From Treponemataceae bacterium (lineage in GTDB: Bacteria; Spirochaetota; Spirochaetia; Treponematales; Rectinemataceae), in contig CAXXHO010000003.1 of NCBI GenBank assembly GCA_963667725.2, positions 2,144,001 to 2,208,000 of the forward strand: 64,000 nucleotides of DNA. The letters run 5' to 3'. The position numbers were made by a program, and so were the translations under genes. The notes beneath the pieces were generated by a model that saw only the letters and a list, made by a program, of their open reading frames with translations, did no database searches and was not told the origin of the DNA. Positions 19,252-28,678 of the stretch are shown here, one piece after another. Each line of letters begins with the position of its first letter. The stretch's first letter is position 1.

Positions 19252-19662
19252 TTAACCACCGGCCTTGATGGCGAGCAGTCTTTTTTTCTCGATTTTTTCG
19301 CCGAAGCGCGCGAGGTCGATCACGGCCCGGACATGTTCGGCTTCGCCGATCTTTTCGACCTCGTCCCAGGCTTCGACCTTGAAGGTGAGCATCCTTCCTT
19401 CCACCTTCACCAGTTCGGAACGAATCCTGACTTTCATCTCGAGCGGCGTCGGGGCGAGATGCCTCACGCCCATGAAGGCGCCCACGGTGGCGTGGCCGGG
19501 TCCCAGCAGGTGGTCGACGGCTTCGCGCGAGGTTTCTTCCATGTGGAGGACCATCGAGGGGGTGGCATAGACGGGCACTCCCCCCGATCCCAAATGCGAA
19601 GCGATGTGCTTCGGTTCCACGACGATCGTTTTTTCGTGAACGATGCCCGGTTGCGGTTCCAT
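19252..19662 (-). CDS. Hotdog-fold thioesterase (FlK-like)
   Basis: LGSG..PVYATP.M...ME, TVG, HLAPTP. GAGGAG precedes ATG 19662. Confidence 0.88.
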   Translation of the reverse strand: MEPQPGIVHEKTIVVEPKHIASHLGSGGVPVYATPSMVLHMEETSREAVDHLLGPGHATVGAFMGVRHLAPTPLEMKVRIRSELVKVEGRMLTFKVEAWDEVEKIGEAEHVRAVIDLARFGEKIEKKRLLAIKAGG

Positions 19663-19834
19663 GGGACTACTCCTCATTGTGTCTTCAGGCGATCGCCTAA
19701 AGTATACCATGAAAGCGGGCCCGGGGGAAAATGGGAGCCGGCCGGGGCTTCGCGGTTTTCGAAAAAAGTGTGCGCGCAATTTTTCTGGGGCGCGGCCGCA
19801 CTATATTAAAATTTTGCAGTATATTATTTTTACT

Positions 19835-20542
19835 ATGTTAGAGAAACAAAACAAAGCGAATGAAGGACGAAAAGCTTCGGGACGATGGCGGGACGAGCAT
19901 TTCCGTGCCGCTTTCCCTGCGGTCTTCGTTATCCTCGCGGTCCTCGGAGTCTCGCTGATCTCGGTTTCCTGCATGGGGCAGAGGGCGGCGGCCACCGAGC
20001 CAGTTTCATTGGAGACGGCTACCGAGCCCGCGCCCTCGCAAGCGACCGTCAACACGCCAGGAGGCAAACTCATGATCTACACCGAAGAACAGGCAGCCAC
20101 CGTCTGCTATATAGAGCCCACCGAGGAACTCAGGGAAAAACTGAGTCCGGAAGAATACGATGTGCTCGTGCAGGCGGCCACGGAGCCGCCTTTCCAGAAC
20201 GCATTCTGGGACAACCACAGGGCGGGCATCTATGTGGACAAGATCGACGGCAGCGCGCTTTTCCTCTCCTCGACCAAGTTTGAGTCAGGCACGGGCTGGC
20301 CGAGCTTCTGGACGCCCATCGACAACGACGCCGTTCTGCTCGTCGAGGATTTGTCATACGGCATGAATCGGATCGAGGTCAGGGCGAAGAATTCGGGCGG
20401 CCATCTCGGCCATCTGTTCAACGACGGCCCCAAACCAAGCGGGCTTCGCTACTGTATTAATTCCGCTTCGCTGGATTTCATACCCGCCGAGGAGATGGCG
20501 GATCGCGGCTACGGAGCCTATCTCGATTTGCTGAAAAAGTAG
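19835..20542 (+). CDS. msrB: Peptide-methionine (R)-S-oxide reductase with a putative lipoprotein signal
   Basis: TEPPF, KFESGTGWPSF, RIEV, GHLGHLFNDGP, RYCINS. N-terminal hydrophobic stretch ends ISVSC. Confidence 0.92.
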   Translation: MLEKQNKANEGRKASGRWRDEHFRAAFPAVFVILAVLGVSLISVSCMGQRAAATEPVSLETATEPAPSQATVNTPGGKLMIYTEEQAATVCYIEPTEELREKLSPEEYDVLVQAATEPPFQNAFWDNHRAGIYVDKIDGSALFLSSTKFESGTGWPSFWTPIDNDAVLLVEDLSYGMNRIEVRAKNSGGHLGHLFNDGPKPSGLRYCINSASLDFIPAEEMADRGYGAYLDLLKK

Positions 20543-20570
20543 CCCGCGGCGCGAGGCGGCGCAGCGCGGC

Positions 20571-22007
20571 TCAGATTTTCTTGTCGAAATATTCGGGCTT
20601 GGGATTCCATACGCGGCAACGATTGCGCCCCGCTTCCTTGGCGTCGTAGAGGGCCAGATCGGCTCGCCGGATGAACTCGTGCAATATGTCCTGAGGTCCA
20701 GGCACGCCGGAAAAAACGCCGATGCTCACCGTCGGGCATGCGTGGCTCCCGTCGACGTCGATGAGGGGAATCTTCTTTCTGAGACGCTCGGCGACGACGA
20801 GGGCTTCCCGGGTCGTTGTATCGGGAAGAAGAACGACGAACTCCTCGCCGCCGTAGCGAACGAGATAGTCATTCACCCTCAAACATTGCGAAATGCCCGT
20901 GGCCATGGATCTGAGCACCTGATCGCCAAAAGAATGGCCGTAGGTATCGTTGACGATCTTGAAATGATCGATATCGAGCATGAGGATGCCCATAGGCTGA
21001 TCTTCCTTATAGGCTTTCCCGAAGAGGTCTTGCCCCATCGTCTCCAGACCGTAGCGGTTGGCGACGCCGGTCAATTTGTCGGTTCTGGCTTCTTCCTTGA
21101 TTATCGTATGCTGCTTGGCGTGCTCGAGGGCCATGGCTATGTGTTCAGCCACGTTGGAAGCGATTCTTACGTGCTGATTGGTGTAGAAGCCGCGTTCGGC
21201 GCTGTCGAGAGCCAGCAGCCCCATCGCCCTTCCCTCGTAGACGAGGGGAATGCCGAGCCAGGATTTTACCTGGATGCTGCCTTCGACTTGAACGAAACCT
21301 TCGAAATCGTGCTCCACGTCGTTGCATATTATGGGTCGGCGCGAGGCTATCGCTCTTGCCGATGGGTTGTCTATGCCGGTGACAGGAAACCTGAGATCCT
21401 GGGTGAGTGCTTCGGTATAGCCATAGCTGCCGATCACCGCTAGAAAATTGCCTTGGAGGGCCTGCACGGTAGCGCGGTCGAAGGGGATTATCCGGTGCAG
21501 GTGCTCGATGATCTTGTTGAGGGTCTCATTGAAATCGAGGCTCTTGTTGATCGCGGTGAGAAGATCCTTGAGGGATTCGATCTCCACCAGGCGTTCGCGG
21601 ATTTCCTCCTGCGCGGCAATAAGCCTGCTAATATCCGTATCATGAATGGCGAGCATGGTTATTTCACCCCTCTCGCCCCTCGCCTGGACAAAGAAATCCA
21701 GGGAAAACCAGTTGATCGAGCCATCCATCCCGATCAGCCGGAACTCGCCCTTCCCTACGTCGATTTCGCCCGATTTCAGCTTTTTTATGAGCGATTCAAA
21801 ACCCTGAAGGTCGGCGGAGAAGATTTTCTCCCTCGGAAAAAAATCCAGCATGGTATCGCTCACGATTCCCAACTGCTTCCATGTATCGCTTAGCAACATA
21901 TTCCTGTTGACGAAATCGAGGATAGTAAACCCGCTCCCAGTTATCATCTTATCTAGGTTTGGATTCGCCAAGAGGGCTTGCATGAGTAATGGTGGCGGTT
22001 CGTGCAT
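20571..22007 (-). CDS. Diguanylate cyclase (PAS-like + GAF + GGDEF)
   Basis: DKLTG..NR, DIDHFK.VND.YGH..GD, I-site RVND, GGEEF; GAF SWLGIPL. Confidence 0.92.
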   Translation of the reverse strand: MHEPPPLLMQALLANPNLDKMITGSGFTILDFVNRNMLLSDTWKQLGIVSDTMLDFFPREKIFSADLQGFESLIKKLKSGEIDVGKGEFRLIGMDGSINWFSLDFFVQARGERGEITMLAIHDTDISRLIAAQEEIRERLVEIESLKDLLTAINKSLDFNETLNKIIEHLHRIIPFDRATVQALQGNFLAVIGSYGYTEALTQDLRFPVTGIDNPSARAIASRRPIICNDVEHDFEGFVQVEGSIQVKSWLGIPLVYEGRAMGLLALDSAERGFYTNQHVRIASNVAEHIAMALEHAKQHTIIKEEARTDKLTGVANRYGLETMGQDLFGKAYKEDQPMGILMLDIDHFKIVNDTYGHSFGDQVLRSMATGISQCLRVNDYLVRYGGEEFVVLLPDTTTREALVVAERLRKKIPLIDVDGSHACPTVSIGVFSGVPGPQDILHEFIRRADLALYDAKEAGRNRCRVWNPKPEYFDKKI

Positions 22008-22076
22008 GTATTGTAATATAAGCCAGAGACACCCCTCACACAAGGGCCGGTGTCGCAGGTACTGAAAGGAGCGGGA

Positions 22077-23267
22077 ATGAAAGGCATCGGCGACAGAGTT
22101 GCTGAGTATTATCCGGCATTGGGGCGGCTTGCCTGTGGCAAGCATGACGCAGGCAAGTATGCCGCGGGGCGGCCTGTGGCATCCGCCCTCGATCGTTTCG
22201 GCGCCGCGCTCCTGAGCCTGCAGCGCGGCCTTACGGGCGACAGGCGCCTGGCGGGAGCTTCGTATTTTTCCCGGGCCGACTTGCTGGGCGCGTATCTTTT
22301 GTATTACTGGCCCGTTTCCTTCGTCCAGGCATCGCTCGCGCTACGGGAGATCGACATGAGAGGAGCCTTGCCGAAAATTCGCCGCGTCCTCGATCTGGGC
22401 GCGGGACCGGGCCCGGCTTCCTTCGCCGCCGCTGAGCTGGGCGCGGAAAGCGTGACGCTCGTGGACGCCAACGGGGAGGCTCTGGAGGCGGCGCTGAGGC
22501 TGAAAGAGAATGTCGCCGGCCTGGGCGCCGAGTTCGTAACGGTTCGGAGGAATTTCGAGGAGGACGGCGACATCCCGGCAGGTCCCTACGATCTTATAAT
22601 TGCCTGTCACAGCGCGAATGAGTTGTGGAAAGAGAAGGACGACGCGGTCGAGCGTCGTGCGGGGCTTTTCGAAAGGGCCTTCGGGCAGTTGGCCGACGGG
22701 GGTATTCTTCTCGTGATAGAGCCGGCGGCCAACGTGACGGGCAGGCCGGCGCTCGCCCTGCGAGACAGGCTGCTGGAACGGGGCCGGGAACGAGGGATGA
22801 GCTGCGTGGCGCCTTGTCCGGGGTCTTTGGATTGCCCGATCGCGAGCGCCGGCGAGGGGAGAAGCTGCCACTCCTCTTGGCCTTGGGAACCCACCGGCCC
22901 CGTGGCCGCCTTGGCCAGGGCTGCCGGGCTCGACCGCGACTCGGCGAAAGCGACCTGGTTCGCCATGAAAAAAGCCCCGCCACCCGAAGCCAAGCCTATC
23001 GGCGGCGATCGACTGGCGGGCAGGATCGTCTCCGAATCCATGCTCAACAAAGCCGGCAGGGTACGGTATATTGTATGCACGGCTTCGGGGCTCGCCACGA
23101 TATCGGCCAAGAGAGGCGATTCAGGCGCCGATGGCGCCGGCTTTTTTTCGCTTCGTCGTGGGGACTGCATCGAAGCCCAGGCTCTGGAAAAGCGGGCGGG
23201 CGAAAACAGTTTCGGCTTCGCCGTCGGAACGAGGCTAAAAATCGCGCTGAAAGCCCCCGAAGCATGA
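22077..23267 (+). CDS. Rsm22/METTL17-like SAM-dependent methyltransferase
   Basis: AYLLYY.P, VLDLGAGPG, LLVIEP, LRDRL, VAPCP....CP...CH. Confidence 0.75.
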   Translation: MKGIGDRVAEYYPALGRLACGKHDAGKYAAGRPVASALDRFGAALLSLQRGLTGDRRLAGASYFSRADLLGAYLLYYWPVSFVQASLALREIDMRGALPKIRRVLDLGAGPGPASFAAAELGAESVTLVDANGEALEAALRLKENVAGLGAEFVTVRRNFEEDGDIPAGPYDLIIACHSANELWKEKDDAVERRAGLFERAFGQLADGGILLVIEPAANVTGRPALALRDRLLERGRERGMSCVAPCPGSLDCPIASAGEGRSCHSSWPWEPTGPVAALARAAGLDRDSAKATWFAMKKAPPPEAKPIGGDRLAGRIVSESMLNKAGRVRYIVCTASGLATISAKRGDSGADGAGFFSLRRGDCIEAQALEKRAGENSFGFAVGTRLKIALKAPEA

Positions 23268-23292
23268 AGAGCGCGACGACATAAGGAATATC

Positions 23293-23796
23293 GTGAAGCG
23301 GACACCAAGAATCGTATCCATCATAGGCTGGTCGGGCGCGGGCAAGACCACCTTCATCGAATCAGCGCTCGAGGAATGTTCGAAACGCGGCATAAGCGCC
23401 GCGGCAATCAAGAAATCGAGGCATGTGGCCGATCTTCCCCCCGACACCAAGGATTCGGCGCGATTTCATGCCGCGGGGGCGAATCCTTCCATTTATCTGA
23501 GCGAATCGGAGATGGTCGTGCTTACCGCGCCTCCCGCCCCGATGGACGCAGGCGCGATTGCCGCGCTTTGCCCCCTGGCGTCGATCATTTTCTGCGAAGG
23601 CCTCGCCGCGGAAGGCGCCCTTCGCGTTCTCGTCGCCGGCGCCGAAACCGAGGAGAAGGCCATAAAGCGCCCGCTCGCCGACATAGACATCCTCGTGGCG
23701 CGCGAGGCGAGTATGCTGAAACTGGCCAAAACCAGGAATATCAAGGCTTTCAGACCCGAAGATGTCGAGCTTTTTATCGATTACATCATTTCTTGA
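23293..23796 (+). CDS. mobB: Molybdopterin-guanine dinucleotide biosynthesis protein B
   Basis: IIGWSGAGKTT, AAIK, KDSARF..AGA, CEG. Confidence 0.8.
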   Translation: MKRTPRIVSIIGWSGAGKTTFIESALEECSKRGISAAAIKKSRHVADLPPDTKDSARFHAAGANPSIYLSESEMVVLTAPPAPMDAGAIAALCPLASIIFCEGLAAEGALRVLVAGAETEEKAIKRPLADIDILVAREASMLKLAKTRNIKAFRPEDVELFIDYIIS

Positions 23797-23807
23797 GGAG
23801 GATGGCG

Positions 23808-23984
23808 ATGACCGAAGACGGAAAGGAAATCCACATTTACTGCGACGGCCAGGAACTGCCCCTGGTGCCCTTTGTCTCGAAGCTCTTCTTTGACACGATC
23901 GCGGCCATGACAGGCGCGCTGAAAGGCGCGGAAAACGCTTCCACGGTGACGATCACCATCACCAAGCCATCCAAACAGGCATAA
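23808..23984 (+). CDS. 58-aa protein resembling the C-terminal extension of long MobB proteins
   Basis: Strong SD GAGGAGG; sequence IYCDGQELPLVPFV...TI.AM..ALKG. Confidence 0.65.
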   Translation: MTEDGKEIHIYCDGQELPLVPFVSKLFFDTIAAMTGALKGAENASTVTITITKPSKQA

Positions 23985-24015
23985 GCCGTGTCGGCATAAG
24001 GCGGTTCGGAATAAA

Positions 24016-24055
24016 AAAGGCAGGCGGAATCCTTTCGAGGATTCCGCCTGCCTTT
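24016..24055. terminator. Bidirectional intrinsic terminator
   Basis: Perfect 18-bp stem AAAGGCAGGCGGAATCCT-TTCG-AGGATTCCGCCTGCCTTT, flanked by A/T runs, between convergent operons. Confidence 0.9.
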
Positions 24056-24089
24056 CGTTTTCAGGCGCTGAACCTTCGGCGCCAAACGT

Positions 24090-25874
24090 TTATTTCAGGA
24101 ACAGAGGCTTTCCTTCATAGTGGGTATGGAGGAGGTGGTGCGCCTTCGGGCTTCCCGGCGCCTCGAGGAACTCGGCGTATACCTGCTTGATGTAGGGATT
24201 GTTGTGCGAGCAGCGGTATTCCTGGTTCTCGTCGTGGTCGTAGAGGGCGCGCATGCGCTTCGTGCGGATCTCGTCGGTGGCCCCATAGGGCTGTCCGCCG
24301 CCGCCGATACAGCCGCCGCGGCAGGCCATGACTTCGATGAAATGCCAGGGCGTGTCCTTGCCTTCCTCGCGAGCCTTCCTGACCTGATCCAAAACCTGCT
24401 GGATGTTGCCCATCTGGTGAGCGACGGCCACGCGGATTTCGATGCCGGCGATGTGGACGCTAGCTTCCTTGATTCCGGAAATGCCGCGGACGGCGGTGAA
24501 GTTCACGTCCTTCAGATCTTCGCCGGTGACGAGGAAATAGGCCGAACGCAGAGCGGCTTCCATGACGCCGCCCGTCGCGCCAAAGATGGCGCCGGCGCCG
24601 GTATAGGGCCCCAGCGGGCTATCGGCTTCGGATTCGGGGAGATTGAGAAGGTCGATGCCGGCCTGCTTGATCATCCTCGCGAGTTCGCGCGTGGTGATGG
24701 CGACATCGACATCCTGGTATCCCGAGGAATACATGGTCTCGTCGCGATGCGTCTCATACTTCTTGGCGGTGCAGGGCATTATCGACACGGAGAATATCTT
24801 GGAGGGATCCACGCCGGCTTTCTGCGCCCAGTAGGTCTTGATCATGGCGCCCATCATCTGCTGCGGACTCTTCGCGGTGGAGAAGTTCGGGACCATGTCC
24901 GGATAGTATTTTTCCATGTAGTCGACCCAGGCAGGACAGCAGGAAGTGATGAGAGGCATGGACCTTTCCTTCGTCGCGGCGCCGAGGCTGTTCTGGAGGG
25001 CAGAGGTCAGCCTTTTCACGAACTCGGTGCCTTCCTCGAGTATGGTGAGGTCGGCCGAGAAGTTCGTGTCGAAGATGGCGTCGAAGCCCATCCGCCTGAA
25101 GGCCGTATAGATTTTCTTGGTGACGTCGGTTCCGGCCGGCAGACCGAAGGCTTCGCCGAGGGCGACGCGGACGGCCGGGGCAATCTGGACGACGCAGGTC
25201 TTGGCTTCAGGACCAGTCTTCATGAGGGCGTCCCATACAAGCTGGGTCTGGTCGTTCTCGTAGATGGCGCCGACGGGGCAGTGCGCCGAGCACTGGCCGC
25301 ACCTGATGCAGGGGCTTTCGCCCAGCTTGACGTCGGCGGCCGGGGCGATGCGCGTGGACTCGCCGCGTCCGAGGAACTCGATGGCCCACACGTTCTGCAT
25401 CTGCTGGCACACAGTCACGCAGCGGCCGCAGCGGATGCACTTTTCGGGATTGAGGATGATCGATCCCGTGGTGTCGTCGATCGGGAGATCGCGCAGACGC
25501 TTCGGGAATGACTGCTGGCGGATGCCGAACTCCTGGGCCAGGGTCTGCAGTTCGCAGTCCTGGTTGCGGGGGCAGGCGAGGCAGTCGTCGGGATGCGTGG
25601 AGAGAATGAGTTCTATCACCGTCTTGCGGATCTGCACGAGTTCGGCATCGTTCGTGATGACGCTCATGTTCTCCGAAACCGGGGTGCAGCAGGACCTGAG
25701 CATCTTGTTGCTGCCTTCCACCCTCACGACGCAGATGCCGCATGCCGCCCAGGGGGCGAGATCGGGATTGTAGCAGAGCGTGGGTATCTTGACGTTGGCT
25801 TTCTTGGCCGCGTCGAGGACAGTGGAGCCTTCGGCGACCTGTACCGCTATTCCGTTAACCTTGCAATTGATCAT
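24090..25874 (-). CDS. hydA: [FeFe]-hydrogenase catalytic subunit (group A, multimeric)
   Basis: H-cluster motifs TSCCPAW, MPCTAKKYE and EVMACRGGCIGGGGQP; N-terminal 2Fe-2S, His-ligated 4Fe-4S and 2x4Fe-4S motifs. Confidence 0.96.
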   Translation of the reverse strand: MINCKVNGIAVQVAEGSTVLDAAKKANVKIPTLCYNPDLAPWAACGICVVRVEGSNKMLRSCCTPVSENMSVITNDAELVQIRKTVIELILSTHPDDCLACPRNQDCELQTLAQEFGIRQQSFPKRLRDLPIDDTTGSIILNPEKCIRCGRCVTVCQQMQNVWAIEFLGRGESTRIAPAADVKLGESPCIRCGQCSAHCPVGAIYENDQTQLVWDALMKTGPEAKTCVVQIAPAVRVALGEAFGLPAGTDVTKKIYTAFRRMGFDAIFDTNFSADLTILEEGTEFVKRLTSALQNSLGAATKERSMPLITSCCPAWVDYMEKYYPDMVPNFSTAKSPQQMMGAMIKTYWAQKAGVDPSKIFSVSIMPCTAKKYETHRDETMYSSGYQDVDVAITTRELARMIKQAGIDLLNLPESEADSPLGPYTGAGAIFGATGGVMEAALRSAYFLVTGEDLKDVNFTAVRGISGIKEASVHIAGIEIRVAVAHQMGNIQQVLDQVRKAREEGKDTPWHFIEVMACRGGCIGGGGQPYGATDEIRTKRMRALYDHDENQEYRCSHNNPYIKQVYAEFLEAPGSPKAHHLLHTHYEGKPLFLK

Positions 25875-25892
25875 GGTAGTTTCTCCCCGTCC

Positions 25893-27686
25893 TTAGCTCT
25901 TGACCACTGCGCCGAATTTGCAGGCCTTGAAGCACTCGCCGCATTTCAGACAGCGCAAGGCGTCGATCACATGAGGCTGTTTCTTCTCGCCCGCGATGCA
26001 AGGCACTGGGCATTTGCGCGCGCAGAGCCCGCAGCCTATGCATTTCGCCGGATCGATCGAGTAGACGATGAGATCCTTGCATTTTCCAGCCCGGCACTTG
26101 TGTTCTTGGATGTGTTCGAGATATTCGTCCCTGAAGTGACGGATGGTCGCCATCGTCGGATTGGCCGCCGAACCGCCCAGCATGCAGAGGGAGGCCTTCG
26201 TCATCGCCTTTCCGATCCTCTCCAGGCTCTCCAGGTCTTTTTCCTCGCCCTTGCCCTTGGTGATCTTGTCGAGGAGGGCGTGCATCTGGTTGGTGCCGAT
26301 GCGGCAGGGGGCGCATTTTCCGCAGGATTCGTCGACGCAGAAGGCCATGTAGAACTTGGAAACGTCGACGACGCAGTCGTCTTCGTCCATGACAATCATG
26401 CCGCCCGAACCCATCATGGAACCGAGGGCCACGAGGCTCTCATAGGAAATCGGGACATCGAGGTCTTTCTCAACGATGATGCCGCCTGAGGGACCGCCGG
26501 TCTGGACGCCCTTGAACTTCTTGCCGTTCCTGATGCCGCCGCCGATATCGAAGATGATCTCGCGCAGCGTGGTGCCCATCGGGACTTCAATGAGGCCCGA
26601 GTTGTTGATCTTGCCGGTGAGGGCGAAAACCTTGGTTCCCTTGGACTTGTCGGTGCCGATGGAAGCGAACCATTCGGGTCCCTTCGTCATGATGACGGGA
26701 ACGTTGGCCAGGGTTTCGACGTTGTTGATGATGGTCGGCTTGCCCCAGAGCCCCTTGATGGCGGGGAATGGCGGCTTCGGGATGGGCATGCCGCGGTCGC
26801 CTTCTATGGATTTGAGCAGGGCAGTCTCTTCGCCGCAGACGAAAGCGCCGGCGCCCAGGCGGATCTCGACGTCGAAGTCGAAACCTGATCCCAGGATGTT
26901 CTTGCCCATGAGGCCCATTTCCTTGGCCTGCTGGATGGCTACTTTAAGCCTTTCGATGGCGAGAGGATATTCAGCGCGGATGTACACGTAGCCGCTGTTG
27001 GAACCGATGGCCTTTCCGGCGATCATCATCGCTTCCAGGATCGAGTGCGGATCGCCTTCGATCGTGGATCTGTCCATGTAAGCGCCCGGGTCGCCCTCGT
27101 CGGCGTTGCAGACGACGTATTTCACGTCGCTCTTGACCTTGCTGGCGGTCTCCCACTTGATGCCGGTGGGGAATCCCGCTCCGCCTCGGCCGCGCAGGCC
27201 CGAAGCCTTGATCATATCGATGATCTGCTGGGGGCTCAACTCGAAAAGCGCTTTCTCGAGGGCGACATAGCCGTCGCGGGCGATGTACTCCTCGATGTTC
27301 TCGGGGTTGATGACGCCGCAGTTGCGCAGGACGATGCGGAACTGTTTCTGGTAGAATTCGATGTCCTGGACTTTCACGTTATCGGCGGTCTTCTGGTCCT
27401 TCTTGTAGAGGAGCCTCTTGACCTCGCGTCCCTTGATCACCTGTTCGGCGATGATTTCCTTCGCGTCCTCGGGCTTCACTTCGACATAGAAGGATTCGGA
27501 GGGAAGCACTTTGACGATGGGACCTTTTTCGCAGAAGCCGAAACAGCCGGTCTTGACGATCTGCACGTCATCCTTGACGCCCTGGAGCTCGGCTTCCTTT
27601 ATCAAGGTGCGATAGATCTCGTCGCTCTTGGAGGATTCGCAGCCGGTGCCGCCGCAGACGAGAATGAAGTTCTTCTTCGCCATCAT
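25893..27686 (-). CDS. hydB: NuoF-like FMN/NADH-binding hydrogenase subunit
   Basis: GRGGAGFPTG, NADEGDPGAYMD, GAFVCGEETAL, GGPSGG, ESCGKCAPCR; C-terminal 2x4Fe-4S. Confidence 0.95.
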   Translation of the reverse strand: MMAKKNFILVCGGTGCESSKSDEIYRTLIKEAELQGVKDDVQIVKTGCFGFCEKGPIVKVLPSESFYVEVKPEDAKEIIAEQVIKGREVKRLLYKKDQKTADNVKVQDIEFYQKQFRIVLRNCGVINPENIEEYIARDGYVALEKALFELSPQQIIDMIKASGLRGRGGAGFPTGIKWETASKVKSDVKYVVCNADEGDPGAYMDRSTIEGDPHSILEAMMIAGKAIGSNSGYVYIRAEYPLAIERLKVAIQQAKEMGLMGKNILGSGFDFDVEIRLGAGAFVCGEETALLKSIEGDRGMPIPKPPFPAIKGLWGKPTIINNVETLANVPVIMTKGPEWFASIGTDKSKGTKVFALTGKINNSGLIEVPMGTTLREIIFDIGGGIRNGKKFKGVQTGGPSGGIIVEKDLDVPISYESLVALGSMMGSGGMIVMDEDDCVVDVSKFYMAFCVDESCGKCAPCRIGTNQMHALLDKITKGKGEEKDLESLERIGKAMTKASLCMLGGSAANPTMATIRHFRDEYLEHIQEHKCRAGKCKDLIVYSIDPAKCIGCGLCARKCPVPCIAGEKKQPHVIDALRCLKCGECFKACKFGAVVKS

Positions 27687-28105
27687 CTGCCTCCCTTTGC
27701 GGCGCCATCGGTTTTAGCGACTATATCTGCCGCCGGGCGGTCGAAAATATGATTGTCGAGCAGGGTATGCTCGATCAAGTGTTTCTGAACGAATTCCTCG
27801 GCCGTGTCCTTGGTCATCTTTCCGTAAATGACGGTGGGCATCCCGGGGAACAGCACTTCGACGGTCGGTTCCACATAGCAGAGTCCCATGCATCCGGTCT
27901 GTCTGATGAGAACCTTGTTTTCAAGGCCGTGTTTCTGTATCGAATCGACGAGAGCATCGAAGGTTAGCTTCGCGCCGGCGGCGATCCCGCACGTTCCCAT
28001 TCCGACAATAATCTGGATGTCCTTGCCTTCCACATCCCGCCGCGCCAAGTCCTGACGTTTCGAATCACGAAGCGCCCGAAGCTCGTCGAGGGTCATCCTT
28101 GCCAT
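27683..28105 (-). CDS. Thioredoxin-like ferredoxin subunit (HydD/HndB-like)
   Basis: VGMGTCGIAAGA, TGCMGLCYVEP. Confidence 0.88.
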   Translation of the reverse strand: MARMTLDELRALRDSKRQDLARRDVEGKDIQIIVGMGTCGIAAGAKLTFDALVDSIQKHGLENKVLIRQTGCMGLCYVEPTVEVLFPGMPTVIYGKMTKDTAEEFVQKHLIEHTLLDNHIFDRPAADIVAKTDGAAKGGR

Positions 28106-28644
28106 AGGTCTACTCCTTCTTCCTGCGATCGCAAATATTGCTTCAGCAGAGCGAGCGAGGAAACCTCTTCGAGATTCCCAAGCGCCTCTGTCAACTCGCT
28201 CTTCTTAAGTTCGTACGAAGACCCGCCCCGCTTCCTGGAGATGGTCATCTCATGCGCTCCGGGCAGGCATAAAATCGTGAGCAGCATTCCCGGCACGTCG
28301 CCCAAAGGAGGGCAATCCACGTTTTTCCTGTCGAAACGGAAAGCCACTTCGGTTCCCCGCCCCTTCTCCGATTCGATGAAGAATTCCCCGCCGTCCTGGT
28401 CCGTAGCCTGCTTTAAAAAAGGCAGCCCGAGCCCCACCTTTCGGCCGGGATGTTTGCGCCCGTCGGTGACGAAGGGATCGAGGGCACGCCGAAGCTGATC
28501 GGCATCCATCCCTTTCCCGTCATCCCTCACCCGGACGCTGACGTACGCTTCGTCTTCATCCAAAGCGACGTCTATGGACCCGGCGCCCGCCTCGCAGGAG
28601 TTCTGCACGATGTCGATCAGGAAATCGACGATTTCGTAGTGCAT
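28093..28644 (-). CDS. Stand-alone HATPase_c (GHKL) ATP-binding protein
   Basis: N-box DIVQNS, G1 DDGKGM, F-box DPFVT, G2 GLGLP, G3 GRGT; no HisKA domain. Confidence 0.88.
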   Translation of the reverse strand: MHYEIVDFLIDIVQNSCEAGAGSIDVALDEDEAYVSVRVRDDGKGMDADQLRRALDPFVTDGRKHPGRKVGLGLPFLKQATDQDGGEFFIESEKGRGTEVAFRFDRKNVDCPPLGDVPGMLLTILCLPGAHEMTISRKRGGSSYELKKSELTEALGNLEEVSSLALLKQYLRSQEEGVDLWQG

Positions 28645-28678
28645 TAAAAAACCTGCCCGACGGCCGCGAGGGCCTTCG

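Noticed and set aside
24120..27752. Long plus-strand ORFs opposite the hydrogenase genes, and similar antisense ORFs across the window
   Set aside because: High GC3 suppresses stop codons on the opposite strand; these have no motifs or start signals.
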